A stretch of DNA of 64,000 nt from Acidobacteriota bacterium. GTDB taxonomy: Bacteria > Acidobacteriota > UBA6911 > RPQK01 > JAJDTT01. Under the pieces are notes generated by a model, which did not search any database, was not told where the DNA came from, and was given only the letters and a program-made list of their open reading frames with translations. The stretch lies in the NCBI GenBank assembly GCA_965209055.1, contig OZ242374.1, forward strand, positions 3,392,001 through 3,456,000, given 5' to 3'. The position numbers and the translations under genes are program-made. Of the stretch, positions 1 through 8,311 are shown one piece after another. Every line of letters begins with the position of its first letter. Position 1 is the stretch's first letter.

Positions 1-680
1 TGATGATCCATGGTCGTGTAATCCTGACCGAGCCTAGGCGCGATTTGCTCCGCAAGGATGCGGTCTAGGACGAGCACGGATCTCAACGGAATGTAAATGC
101 GTATGACGGACCCGCGGCTCGTGCCCGAAAGTGAGAGGTGGCTATCGTGCAACATCCCACGCGACTGCCAATAGGCCAACATTGAGCGGAAATTACGGCG
201 ACCCGCCGGGTGCTCGTCTCTAGCCTCCTCCGAGAACGGGCTAGTACTTATCTCCATCTCGAAGTCGTGAGCGCTCACTTGGTCGTATATATTGCACAGC
301 GCCTCCCGTGAGGCAGTCGGAAGGGCATCGAACAATTTGGCGAGGTGCGGGGCGGCGTTGGCCGGAAGCGCATCTTTGTTCTGGGCGAGAAAGCTCAGCA
401 GACGGAACGAGTGCACGTAGGCGAGACCGAGGTTCGTCGTCGCGGACAGGCACGCGCCGATGTGGCGGATGGCCCCGCCTCCCGGGAGTTCCGCCAACTT
501 GCTTACCACATGGTCGGGGACAGCAAGCCTACCGTCGTCCTCCGTCTCCAGTTCCCGATATCCGTCGATCGCCTGCAGAACAGGGTCGAGGGTTACTCTG
601 GCCGCTTCGAAAAACGAGATCACCATTTCGTAAAGGAACGGTACATGTGCATGTAGTTTGTGGGTATCAACTCCTGTCAT
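1..680 (-). CDS. HEPN-like helical protein (3' end truncated by window edge)
   Basis: Manually translated. ATG at 680 (MTGVDTHKLHAHVPFLYEMVISFFEAA...), open to position 1 without a stop, so absent from the ORF track. The segment TTNLGLAYVHSFRLLS...HLAKLFDALPTASREALCNIYDQ resembles the HEPN N-x-x-x-A-x-E...H-x-L-x-x-L-F-x-x-L-P pattern. Confidence 0.6.
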   Translation of the reverse strand, partial: MTGVDTHKLHAHVPFLYEMVISFFEAARVTLDPVLQAIDGYRELETEDDGRLAVPDHVVSKLAELPGGGAIRHIGACLSATTNLGLAYVHSFRLLSFLAQNKDALPANAAPHLAKLFDALPTASREALCNIYDQVSAHDFEMEISTSPFSEEARDEHPAGRRNFRSMLAYWQSRGMLHDSHLSLSGTSRGSVIRIYIPLRSVLVLDRILAEQIAPRLGQDYTTMDH

Positions 681-784
681 GGCTGCCTAGCTTCGCGGTT
701 GGTTGACGCGTGTGCTGTAGCCCTCGAACGTATGCAAAAGGGGTAGTGCGCACGGAATTGAAGGGCGCGGTGGTACCATGTAGT

Positions 785-1120
785 TCATTTCTTCAGAAAC
801 GGAGTGATCTTCCCAACAGCACCGTTTGATTTCGTTCTGCACTTTAGCCTGATTGGAGGACCTTCGCCCGTTGCGTTTTTGTGCGTAACTTGGATCTCAT
901 ATTCCGTGTTGGGTACAAGGCCGACGAAGCTGCAGCCGTTCAACGGTGTCTCGAAGCCAGGGCTCCAGATTTCTGTACCTGTCTCCCGTATCCGGACCAC
1001 GGTGGTGGTGCCGGGACGCCACTTGGCATCAATAATCCTGCCTTGAAGCGGAAGCGAGACTCTGAACTCTCCGTCAGTCCACTCAACCCTCGGTTCGGCA
1101 TCTCTGGGTTGCTTAGCCAT
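785..1120 (-). CDS. Small fibronectin type III domain protein
   Basis: FN3 signature GLVPNTEYEIQVTHKNATGEG. GGAG RBS before the ATG at 1120 (MAKQPRDAEP), inside track ORF 785..1270. Confidence 0.7.
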   Translation of the reverse strand: MAKQPRDAEPRVEWTDGEFRVSLPLQGRIIDAKWRPGTTTVVRIRETGTEIWSPGFETPLNGCSFVGLVPNTEYEIQVTHKNATGEGPPIRLKCRTKSNGAVGKITPFLKK

Positions 1121-1294
1121 ATGACTTCTCCGCAAAGGCATCTTGGAGATACCCTCCAACCTAGATGTCAACCTACCACAAACTAAGGTTTTGCGCGCAA
1201 CAGAGGGATGAGAATCGCGGAAGGCGGTGGAACGTCTGGCAGCGATGACCCGGGAGGTTGAAACGTGCATCTTCGCGTGAAGGAACAGACGTCC

Positions 1295-1520
1295 ATGATG
1301 ATCGGCAAGGCAGTCGTACTGATCTCAGGTACCCAACCGTAGGCTCTTCAGCGTTGCGGCTACGGCCCAGTACTTGGGAATGTCCATCGGTACGATTCGC
1401 AAACTGGCCGATATGAACATCATCAAAGCCAGAGCCGAATTCGACACCGCCGACCGGCGCCGTCGCGTCTTAGCCCGGGAAGACTTGAACCCCTGCGGCG
1501 ATTCTCTGGAGCCGTGTTAG
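1295..1520 (+). pseudogene. Frameshifted excisionase-like HTH (HTH_17/MerR-like) gene
   Basis: MMIGKAVVLISGTQP is followed by TAG. Removing one base near 1340 gives RLFSVAATAQYLGMSIGTIRKLADMNIIKA...RRRVLAREDL, an Xis-type HTH, immediately upstream of the integrase. Confidence 0.65.
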
Positions 1521-1567
1521 GATTCGCCGCAACGGCGAAGAACCCGGATCCAGAAAGGAGGAGATGC

Positions 1568-2656
1568 ATGGGCATCTACAAAGTGAAGGATCGCCGGGGG
1601 AGAAGACGCTATGTCGTCAGCAAGTACTGGCCGCACGGATCCGGTCGGCTCCGAATGTACGCCCCCAACTACCGGAGCGCACAGGCGCTTCAAACACGAA
1701 TCGAGTCCAGCATCCTGGACGGCACCTGGAAGCAGCTCAAGGAGGAGCTCGCCGGCGGGAAACGCACCATCTGGACGGTGCACAGCTTCTACGAGCGTTT
1801 CTTCGAGGAGTATTGCAAACCTCGCATGCGCTCCCGGCGTCGCTATGCGCTCTCGTTCAAGAGCCTCAACGCCATGCTGGGGAACATTCCCCTGAAGGAG
1901 TTCCGACGCAAGGACCTGTACCGCTACGTCGCCCAGAGGAAGAAGCAAGTGCAGCCGGCCACGGTGAACCGCGACATCGCCGCCCTCAGCAAGCTGTTTT
2001 CCTACGCGCTGGAGTGCGGGGAAGTGGACACGCACCCGCTGGTGAGATTCCCCAAACTCAAAGAACCCAAGAAGGTCTTCCGGCCCTTGACGGTTCCACA
2101 GTTCCGCGACCTGGTCGAGGCGATGGACAATCCGTACCTGCAAGCCATGGTTGCGGTGATCGGCGAGACGGGAATTCGGAAAGGCGAGGCGTTGTCGCTC
2201 ACCTGGAAACGGGTGGACCTGTCCCGGAGGCTGCTATGGGTGGAATTCACCAAGAACGACGAGACGAGGGAGATCCCGCTGTCGAAGTACGCTGCTGGAT
2301 ATCTGGCCGGGCTGGTTCGTTACCTGAACACGCCATACGTTTTCGTCAACACCCGGACCGGGACGAGATGGGTGAATCCGGACAAGCCATTGCGCCGCGC
2401 CGCCGAGCGAGTGGGGTTGAAGGTCGGATTTCACGATCTGAGACGATTCCGGTGCAGCCATTGGCTGATGCAGGGTGTGGACGTGAGGACGGTGCAGAAG
2501 CTGATGGGACACTCATCCATCAGCACGACCATGCGCTACGCCGGGTACGTCAGTTCGCATGCGCTTGCCAGCATTCGGGAGGCACAGGCTACCGAAGACT
2601 CCCAAACGCAACCGGCAACAAACAGGCAACGGGCAGGAAATAGGGTGAGTGACTAG
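1568..2656 (+). CDS. Tyrosine recombinase/site-specific integrase
   Basis: Catalytic residues present: TGIRKGE (R), TKN (K), HDLRR (HxxR), LMGH, TMRY (Y). PATVNR SAM-like motif. Strong RBS AAAGGAGGAG before ATG 1568. Confidence 0.95.
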   Translation: MGIYKVKDRRGRRRYVVSKYWPHGSGRLRMYAPNYRSAQALQTRIESSILDGTWKQLKEELAGGKRTIWTVHSFYERFFEEYCKPRMRSRRRYALSFKSLNAMLGNIPLKEFRRKDLYRYVAQRKKQVQPATVNRDIAALSKLFSYALECGEVDTHPLVRFPKLKEPKKVFRPLTVPQFRDLVEAMDNPYLQAMVAVIGETGIRKGEALSLTWKRVDLSRRLLWVEFTKNDETREIPLSKYAAGYLAGLVRYLNTPYVFVNTRTGTRWVNPDKPLRRAAERVGLKVGFHDLRRFRCSHWLMQGVDVRTVQKLMGHSSISTTMRYAGYVSSHALASIREAQATEDSQTQPATNRQRAGNRVSD

Positions 2657-2694
2657 AGTAAAGCAGTGGCGTAAACCCTTGAAAACAAAAGCGC

Positions 2695-2749
2695 ACGCCC
2701 GAATCTCAGCAGGACAGAGGACGGGACTGTTAGTCCCCCCGTCTTCGGT
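2695..2749 (+). pseudogene. Decayed tRNA 5' fragment, probable att site
   Basis: ACGCCCG-AA-TCTC-AGCAGGACA-GAGG-A-CGGGA-CTGTTAG-TCCCC-CCGTC-TTCGG-T has tRNA position 1-54 spacing and resembles the tRNA-Arg start GCGCCCGTAGCTCAGCAGGATAGAGC. There is no T-loop or 3' acceptor strand. It lies directly after the integrase. Confidence 0.5.
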
Positions 2750-2863
2750 GTTGCTATGCGATCGGTCTCTGGCCGGTGACGGAGATTCCGAGTAACGTGG
2801 TCAGAACGCCGAAGAAGTCAAACCAAACGGAGATCACCCCATCGCAAGAGGAGCGCAGGAAAA

Positions 2864-4210
2864 ATGAACAAGCTCACAAGGCGTGGATTCGTAGGGGCCT
2901 CCCTGGCAGGAACAGCACTCCCGACGACTGTCTGGACCCGGAGGAGCAACCCGGTTCCGGAGGACTTCCGTCCGGTCACGCTTCGGCCGGAGATCCGGAA
3001 GGTGGTCGACGCTTGCCGGCATTTGGCTCTGGAGGAGCTGAAGCCCACCCGGAGCCAACTGGAACGGGGTTTCGAACTGCATTACAGCAGCTACGTCGCC
3101 GACGTCTGCGGCTGTCTCTATGTGGCGGATCCTCTCTTTATCTGGAAGGGCGACCGTCTGAATGGTGAGCTGGCAAGCTACCGAAACAAGCTGGAGAGGG
3201 ACGGTCTGGACCCGGAGGATGTCCAACAGCGGGTGGTCAACCGGTGGCGCGACATGAAGGCCTTTGAATCCGCCTTCGACCCCCAATGGCGGGAGGACTA
3301 CCGGAGCCTGTATCGCCTGGCGGGCATCGACCTGGCGGTGGAGGACGTGGGGCACTTCAGTGAACCCAGCTTCCGCGCCGGCCTCCAGCACACGGCACGG
3401 GCCGGGTTCGTCTACGACAAGATCAAGGCCGACGCCGTGCGCGTATCGGGAGTGGACGACCTGGATGCAGCCCGGCAGGACGAAAAGGTCGCCATCCTCC
3501 TGCACCTTCATGGCGCCAACTGGTTCGCCATGACTCCCGATCCAATTCAGACCCTGGACCTCTTCTTCGCGCTGGGAGTCCGTGCCTCCCAGTTGACCTA
3601 TCACGAACAGAACAGCCTGGCCTCTTCGGACGATTTCGATGGTGAGAGAGACAGAGGGCTCAGCAAACTTGGCAAGCGGGTAGTTCGCCGGATGAACGAG
3701 TTGGGAATCATGGTCAACCTGGCCCACTGCGGGCACCGCTCGGGGCTTGATGCCATTGAGGCCTCCAGCGAACCGGTCATCAACGCCCACACGGGCTGCC
3801 GGGCCATCTACGACCACTACAAGAACGAAGACGACGATTATCTTCGTACGCTGGCCCGGAAGGGGGGCGTCGCGGGGATGTACGCGGGATACTTGTCTTC
3901 CGATCCGGACTCCGGTTTTTCCTTCAACGCCTGGTTGCCCCACCTGGAGCACGCCGTCAAGGTGGCGGGTATCGACCACGTGGCCATCCCCTCGGATCTG
4001 ACCTTCATGCCGGACTACCCGCCCCGGCCCATGTCATGGAGCAACTGGCCCTACTACACGGTGGGACTGGTTTGCCGCGGATTCAGCGATGCCGAAATCC
4101 GGAAGCTCATCGGCGGGAACTTCCTGCGCCTCGCCAAGCAGGTGCTGGACAAACGCCCCTGGGGTCCCTTCATCGCCCGAGGCGAAGGATACAACTGGGT
4201 GGCCAGATAG
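2864..4210 (+). CDS. Tat-exported membrane dipeptidase (peptidase M19/amidohydrolase) family protein, copy 1
   Basis: TRRGFVG twin-arginine signal. M19 motifs LGVRASQLTYHEQN, GLSKLGKRVVRRMNELGIMVNLAH, INAHTG, GIDHVAIPSD, EIRKLIGGNFLR. Confidence 0.9.
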   Translation: MNKLTRRGFVGASLAGTALPTTVWTRRSNPVPEDFRPVTLRPEIRKVVDACRHLALEELKPTRSQLERGFELHYSSYVADVCGCLYVADPLFIWKGDRLNGELASYRNKLERDGLDPEDVQQRVVNRWRDMKAFESAFDPQWREDYRSLYRLAGIDLAVEDVGHFSEPSFRAGLQHTARAGFVYDKIKADAVRVSGVDDLDAARQDEKVAILLHLHGANWFAMTPDPIQTLDLFFALGVRASQLTYHEQNSLASSDDFDGERDRGLSKLGKRVVRRMNELGIMVNLAHCGHRSGLDAIEASSEPVINAHTGCRAIYDHYKNEDDDYLRTLARKGGVAGMYAGYLSSDPDSGFSFNAWLPHLEHAVKVAGIDHVAIPSDLTFMPDYPPRPMSWSNWPYYTVGLVCRGFSDAEIRKLIGGNFLRLAKQVLDKRPWGPFIARGEGYNWVAR

Positions 4211-4224
4211 CTGTGGTCTTGTAT

Positions 4225-4302
4225 GGAGGGGCGATTTCCAATCGCCCGTACGCCGTGTTTCGGGAGTTTCGAAGAATCGGCGGTTAGGAAACCGCCGCCC
4301 CC
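4225..4302. repeat. REP-like palindrome doublet at the junction of the tandem duplication
   Basis: GGAG-GGGCGAT-TTCCA-ATCGCCC and the inverted unit GAATCGGCGGTTAGGAAACCGCCGCCCCC. Confidence 0.7.
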
Positions 4303-4330
4303 ACACCATCGCGGAGGGTGAACAGAAAAA

Positions 4331-5677
4331 ATGAAGCCGCTTTCAAGACGTGGATTCGTAGGGGCCTCCCTGGCGGGAGCGGCACTCCCGACCCATGTCC
4401 GGACCCAGGGAAGAAACCCGGTTCCGGAGGACTTCCGTCCCGTCACGCTCCGGCCGGAGATCCGGGAGGTGGTGGACGCCTGCCGGCATGCGGTTCTGGA
4501 AGAGCTGAAGCCCACCCGGAGTCAACTGGAACGGGGTTTCGAACTGCATTACGGCAGCTACGTCGCTGACCTCAGCGGTTGACTCTATGTGGCGGATCCT
4601 CTCTTCATCTGGAAGGGCGACCGTCTGAATCGCGAGCTGGAGGGCTACCGAAACAAGCTGGAGCGGTCGGGGCTGGACCGGGACGAGATCCAGCAACGGG
4701 TGCTCAACCGGTGGCGGGACATGAAGGCCTTCGAATCGGCCTTCGATCCCCAATGGCGAGAGGACTACCGGAACCTGTATCGCCTGGCCGGTATGGACCT
4801 GGCGGTGGAAGATGTGGGGCACTTCTACGAACCCAGCTTCCGCGCCGGCCTCCAGCACACGGCACGGGCCAGGTTCGTTTACGACAAGATCAAGGCCGAC
4901 GCCCTTCGGGTCTCGGGGGTGGAGGACTTGGATAGAGCCCGGCGGGCCGAAAAAGTCGCCGTCCTCCTGCAACTCCATGGCGCCAACTGGTTTGCCATGA
5001 CTCCCGATCCGCTTCAGACCCTGGACCTCTTCTATGCCCTGGGGGTCCGCGTCTCCCAGTTGACGTCTCACGAGAAAAATAGCTTGGCGTCATCTGACGA
5101 ATTCGAAGGTGAAAGAGATAAGGGACTCAGTCGGCTCGGCAAGCGGGTGGTTCGCCGGATGAACCAGTTGGGAATGATCATCAACCTGGCCCACTGTGGC
5201 CACCGCTCGGGGCTCGACGCCGTCGAGGCCTCCAGCGAACCGCTCTTGAATGCCCACACGGCCTGCCGGGCGGTCGACGACTACTACAAGAACGAAGACG
5301 ACGACTATCTTCGCACCTTGGCTCGGCGGGGGGGCATCGCGGGCATCATGGCCGCAGACTACTCTCCCGATCCGGATTCCAATTTTTCCTTCAATGCCTG
5401 GTTCCCCCACCTGGAACACGCCATCAAGGTGGCCGGCATTGACCACGTGGGTATCCCCTCGAACCTGACCTTGACGCCGAGCGACCCACCCTGGCCCATG
5501 TCGTGGAGCAACTGGCCCTACCTCACGGTGGGTCTGGTTTGCCGCGGACTCAGCGATGCCGAGATCCGGAAGATCATCGGCGGGAACTTCCTGCGCCTCG
5601 CCAAACAGGTGCTGGACAAGCGCCCCTGGGGTCCCTTCATCGCCCGAGGCGAGGGCTACAACTGGGTGGCTGGATAG
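4331..5677 (+). pseudogene. M19 dipeptidase paralog, copy 2, with one in-frame TGA at codon 84 (nonsense pseudogene or selenoprotein)
   Basis: Track ORFs 4331..4582 and 4589..5677 share a frame. Joined, they are 1347 nt, the same length as copy 1. TGA 4580-4582 aligns to TGT (Cys) at 3113-3115. Confidence 0.8.
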
Positions 5678-5695
5678 TCGCAGCCCAGGTCCGGC

Positions 5696-7258
5696 TCAAT
5701 CGGCGAAACGAAACGAAAAGAGCCTGCTCCGTTCCATGTGGAACTTCAGCACGATGGAGCGCCCCATCAAGCCGCTGACGTCGGATCCCTGGTTCCATTT
5801 CATGGTATGCCGCAGGCTGTCGCTCTTGACCGGCACCGCGTCTTTCCGGGCGAATCCTTCGATCGGTGTTCCCCCGGGCTCCAGGATCTCGACCGCCACC
5901 GACCCCTGGCTGGCATCGGCATTGACGACGAGCCGCTCTCCGGACATCCGGATCGGCTTGGTGGTCAGACTTCCGCTTCCGGCGTCGATCGACACGAAAC
6001 CGTCCAGGCGGAGTTTTGCCAGGCCCACCTTGCCCCCCTGGACCTCCTCCCGGCGGGTCGCCCAGTGGAGGCCGCTGAAGCCGATGTAGTAGATCCAGAT
6101 CTCATCTTCCACCACGAGCGGGTGCTGCATCACGAAGAGCATGCTGCGGTCGAAGGCATCGGGCCGGGTCCCCAGAGGCAGGAAGACGTTGCGGTCGCCG
6201 GCACGGTTCCAGGTCCGCCCATCCCGGCTGAAAGCCAACTGGATGTCGACCGTGTCGAGCCAATCGGGTCCGGATTGGATCTGTTGTGAGGTTGCGGTCT
6301 CCAGTCCGGGCAGCGTGTGGTAGACCGCGATGAAGCCGAAGTACACGTCACCGTACGGCATCCACTCCATGTTGTAGAACTGCTGGTTCCAAGGCGGATC
6401 TTCCCGGTCGGCGCTCATGATCACGCCCCGGGGCTCCCATTTGAGGAAGTCGTCGCTCTCGCTCTGGCGAACCTCGCGCCGCAGGAAGCTTCCCTCCACA
6501 CCGGGCCACAGGTCCTCGCGGAGGTCCCGGCGGACCTTCCAGTCCGGTGGAAGGTAGACGGGATTGACCCGGGTGTGGGCGACGTAGGTGCCCAATCGAG
6601 GATCCCACATCACCGAATTGGGACTGTCGGCCATGGGAATCACCGGTTTGTCGGTGGCCCGCTTCCAGTGAATCCCGTCCGCGGAGAAGGCGATTCCGAT
6701 GCCGTTGCCCGAGGTTCCCAATCCCGGAGAATCGTGCAGGTGGTAGATCATCTTGTAGCGGCGTTCCGGGTTGGTTTCGATCGCATCCTTGAAGACGCCT
6801 CCCGCCACCTCGCCCTTTCCGGCGGTGAAGACCAGGTTGTTGTCCTTGGATCCCTGGTGTTCCATCAGCCCCAGGTTGGGCAGTTCCCAGTGGATGCCAT
6901 CCTTCGAGGTGGCGTAGGCGAGGAAGACCTTGCTCCAGTCGTAGACGGCCGCGTCGTACCACATCTTGAAGATCTGCTCTTCGGCGTCGTAGATGACGTT
7001 CCCCATGACGACCACCAGATCCTGGCCTCCGACCTTCTGCTCCGGCTCAAGTGCGAGAACCGGGTTTCCCTCGTACTTCACCGGTTGATTCAGCAGGCGG
7101 TAAGCTCTTTCCAAGGAGCCGATGACGGAGTCATCGACGAACAGTTGCTTGGTGGTTCCGACATCAACCGCCCCGTCCGAATGCCTGGTCCAACCCAAGC
7201 CTGAGAAGAGCGCGGTCAGGACCGCCGTTAGTAGTAGTCTCTTGATCATGATTCCCAT
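5696..7258 (-). CDS. Secreted five-bladed beta-propeller glycoside hydrolase-like protein (GH32/GH43 clan-like)
   Basis: Signal peptide. Repeated Asp-box-like motifs ATSKDGIHW, AFSADGIHW, SESDDFLKW, AFSRDGRTW. Also QLFVDD and LRLDGFVS family motifs. Confidence 0.75.
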   Translation of the reverse strand: MGIMIKRLLLTAVLTALFSGLGWTRHSDGAVDVGTTKQLFVDDSVIGSLERAYRLLNQPVKYEGNPVLALEPEQKVGGQDLVVVMGNVIYDAEEQIFKMWYDAAVYDWSKVFLAYATSKDGIHWELPNLGLMEHQGSKDNNLVFTAGKGEVAGGVFKDAIETNPERRYKMIYHLHDSPGLGTSGNGIGIAFSADGIHWKRATDKPVIPMADSPNSVMWDPRLGTYVAHTRVNPVYLPPDWKVRRDLREDLWPGVEGSFLRREVRQSESDDFLKWEPRGVIMSADREDPPWNQQFYNMEWMPYGDVYFGFIAVYHTLPGLETATSQQIQSGPDWLDTVDIQLAFSRDGRTWNRAGDRNVFLPLGTRPDAFDRSMLFVMQHPLVVEDEIWIYYIGFSGLHWATRREEVQGGKVGLAKLRLDGFVSIDAGSGSLTTKPIRMSGERLVVNADASQGSVAVEILEPGGTPIEGFARKDAVPVKSDSLRHTMKWNQGSDVSGLMGRSIVLKFHMERSRLFSFRFAD

Positions 7259-7275
7259 ATTCCTTTCGTGAACCA

Positions 7276-7335
7276 GGAGGAGACATCCTTGTCACATATA
7301 CTCCTCGGAATCGGCGGTTAGGAAACCGCCGCTCC
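7276..7335. repeat. REP-like palindrome
   Basis: GAATCGGCGGTTAGGAAACCGCCGCTCC (7308-7335), near-identical to 4274-4302. A GGAG-started partner begins at 7276. Confidence 0.75.
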
Positions 7336-7349
7336 GCTCCGGCACATGA

Positions 7350-8237
7350 TCAGCTCGCCAGTTTTTCCGGCATCGTCTTGCGTTTCCGGATCCGAAGCGG
7401 GATCCGGAAGTTGGCATCGGCGTCCGAGTCGGTTCCCGTCTCCCGGGCCAGGAACAGGGGGACGTCCTCCGCCGGGGGATTGGTTCGATCATGGGCCGTG
7501 GGAAAGCTGCGCATGATGATCCGCTGCTCCCGGTTCAGCGTCTCGATCCACCGGGGATCGCATTGCCGCCGGTCTCCCTCCCAGAGCCAGGAAGGGCAGT
7601 AACTCACGAACATGTTCTTTCGGATCGTCTCCGAATGGTTGACGTCGACCCGGTGCCAGGTCCCGCAGTGCATCACCGTCATGCTTCCGGCGGGAACCAC
7701 CAGGGGGACTTCCCCCGGGACGCTCTCGTGGGTGTAGTACTGCTCGAATTCCTGGTTTCGATGACTGCCCGGCATGTAGATGAAGTTGCCCATTCCGGCA
7801 TGAGGCAGATCGGTGAGCCAGAGGCCGATGCAGAGGCGCAGAGGGAGCTCCGTGGAGAAAACGGCATAGGGCGTGGGCCGAGGCGAGTCCGGGTGCCACA
7901 TGGACTCGTCCTTGAAGTCCGGGGGCCGAATGAAGATATCCGAGCGGTGGAGCTTCAGGAGCTCGCCGTAGAGATCGTAGCCGTACCCCACGTGGCGGGG
8001 GTGATCGATGAGCTCGCTCAGAACCGGATCGGCGGCGACGCAGTGAGGCTGCCGAAAATCCTTTCCGGGAGCATAGTTCGGATCGGTGGCGGCAACCCGG
8101 TCGAGGGCCTCGATGTAGCGTTGTACGTCCTCTTGGGGAATGGCGTTTTCGAAGACCAGAATCCCGTTTTCCTGGAATTCATCCCATTGATCCGGGGTGA
8201 AGCCGGGTGGCGCCACACGGTAAGAATTCTCTGTCAC
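7350..8237 (-). CDS. Phytanoyl-CoA dioxygenase (PhyH) family Fe(II)/2OG oxygenase
   Basis: FQENGILVFENAI, WHPD (HxD), PAGSMTVMHCGTWHR (distal His), N...IR. GTG start at 8237 after AAAGGAGAG. Confidence 0.88.
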   Translation of the reverse strand: MTENSYRVAPPGFTPDQWDEFQENGILVFENAIPQEDVQRYIEALDRVAATDPNYAPGKDFRQPHCVAADPVLSELIDHPRHVGYGYDLYGELLKLHRSDIFIRPPDFKDESMWHPDSPRPTPYAVFSTELPLRLCIGLWLTDLPHAGMGNFIYMPGSHRNQEFEQYYTHESVPGEVPLVVPAGSMTVMHCGTWHRVDVNHSETIRKNMFVSYCPSWLWEGDRRQCDPRWIETLNREQRIIMRSFPTAHDRTNPPAEDVPLFLARETGTDSDADANFRIPLRIRKRKTMPEKLAS

Positions 8238-8311
8238 GCGAGTCTCTCCTTTCAATTGCGGGTATCCTAGCAGTCCGTGGCGAAAGTTAAAGCTAGGGTG
8301 AACGGAATCTA

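Larger units (their letters stand above)
1..2750. mobile_element. Right end of an integrated element (genomic island or prophage remnant)
   Basis: Tyrosine integrase, broken excisionase and tRNA-like att remnant at the right edge. Cargo at 1-1300 looks lower in GC than the flanking genes. The left boundary is outside the window. Confidence 0.7.

Noticed and set aside
241-706. Track ORFs 241..453, 308..706 and 345..656
   Set aside because: Shadow frames of the longer minus-strand ORF 680..<1.
2695-2770. Functional tRNA-Asn(GTT)
   Set aside because: No TTCRA T-loop, no 3' acceptor strand or CCA, and D-stem mismatches. Kept only as a remnant.
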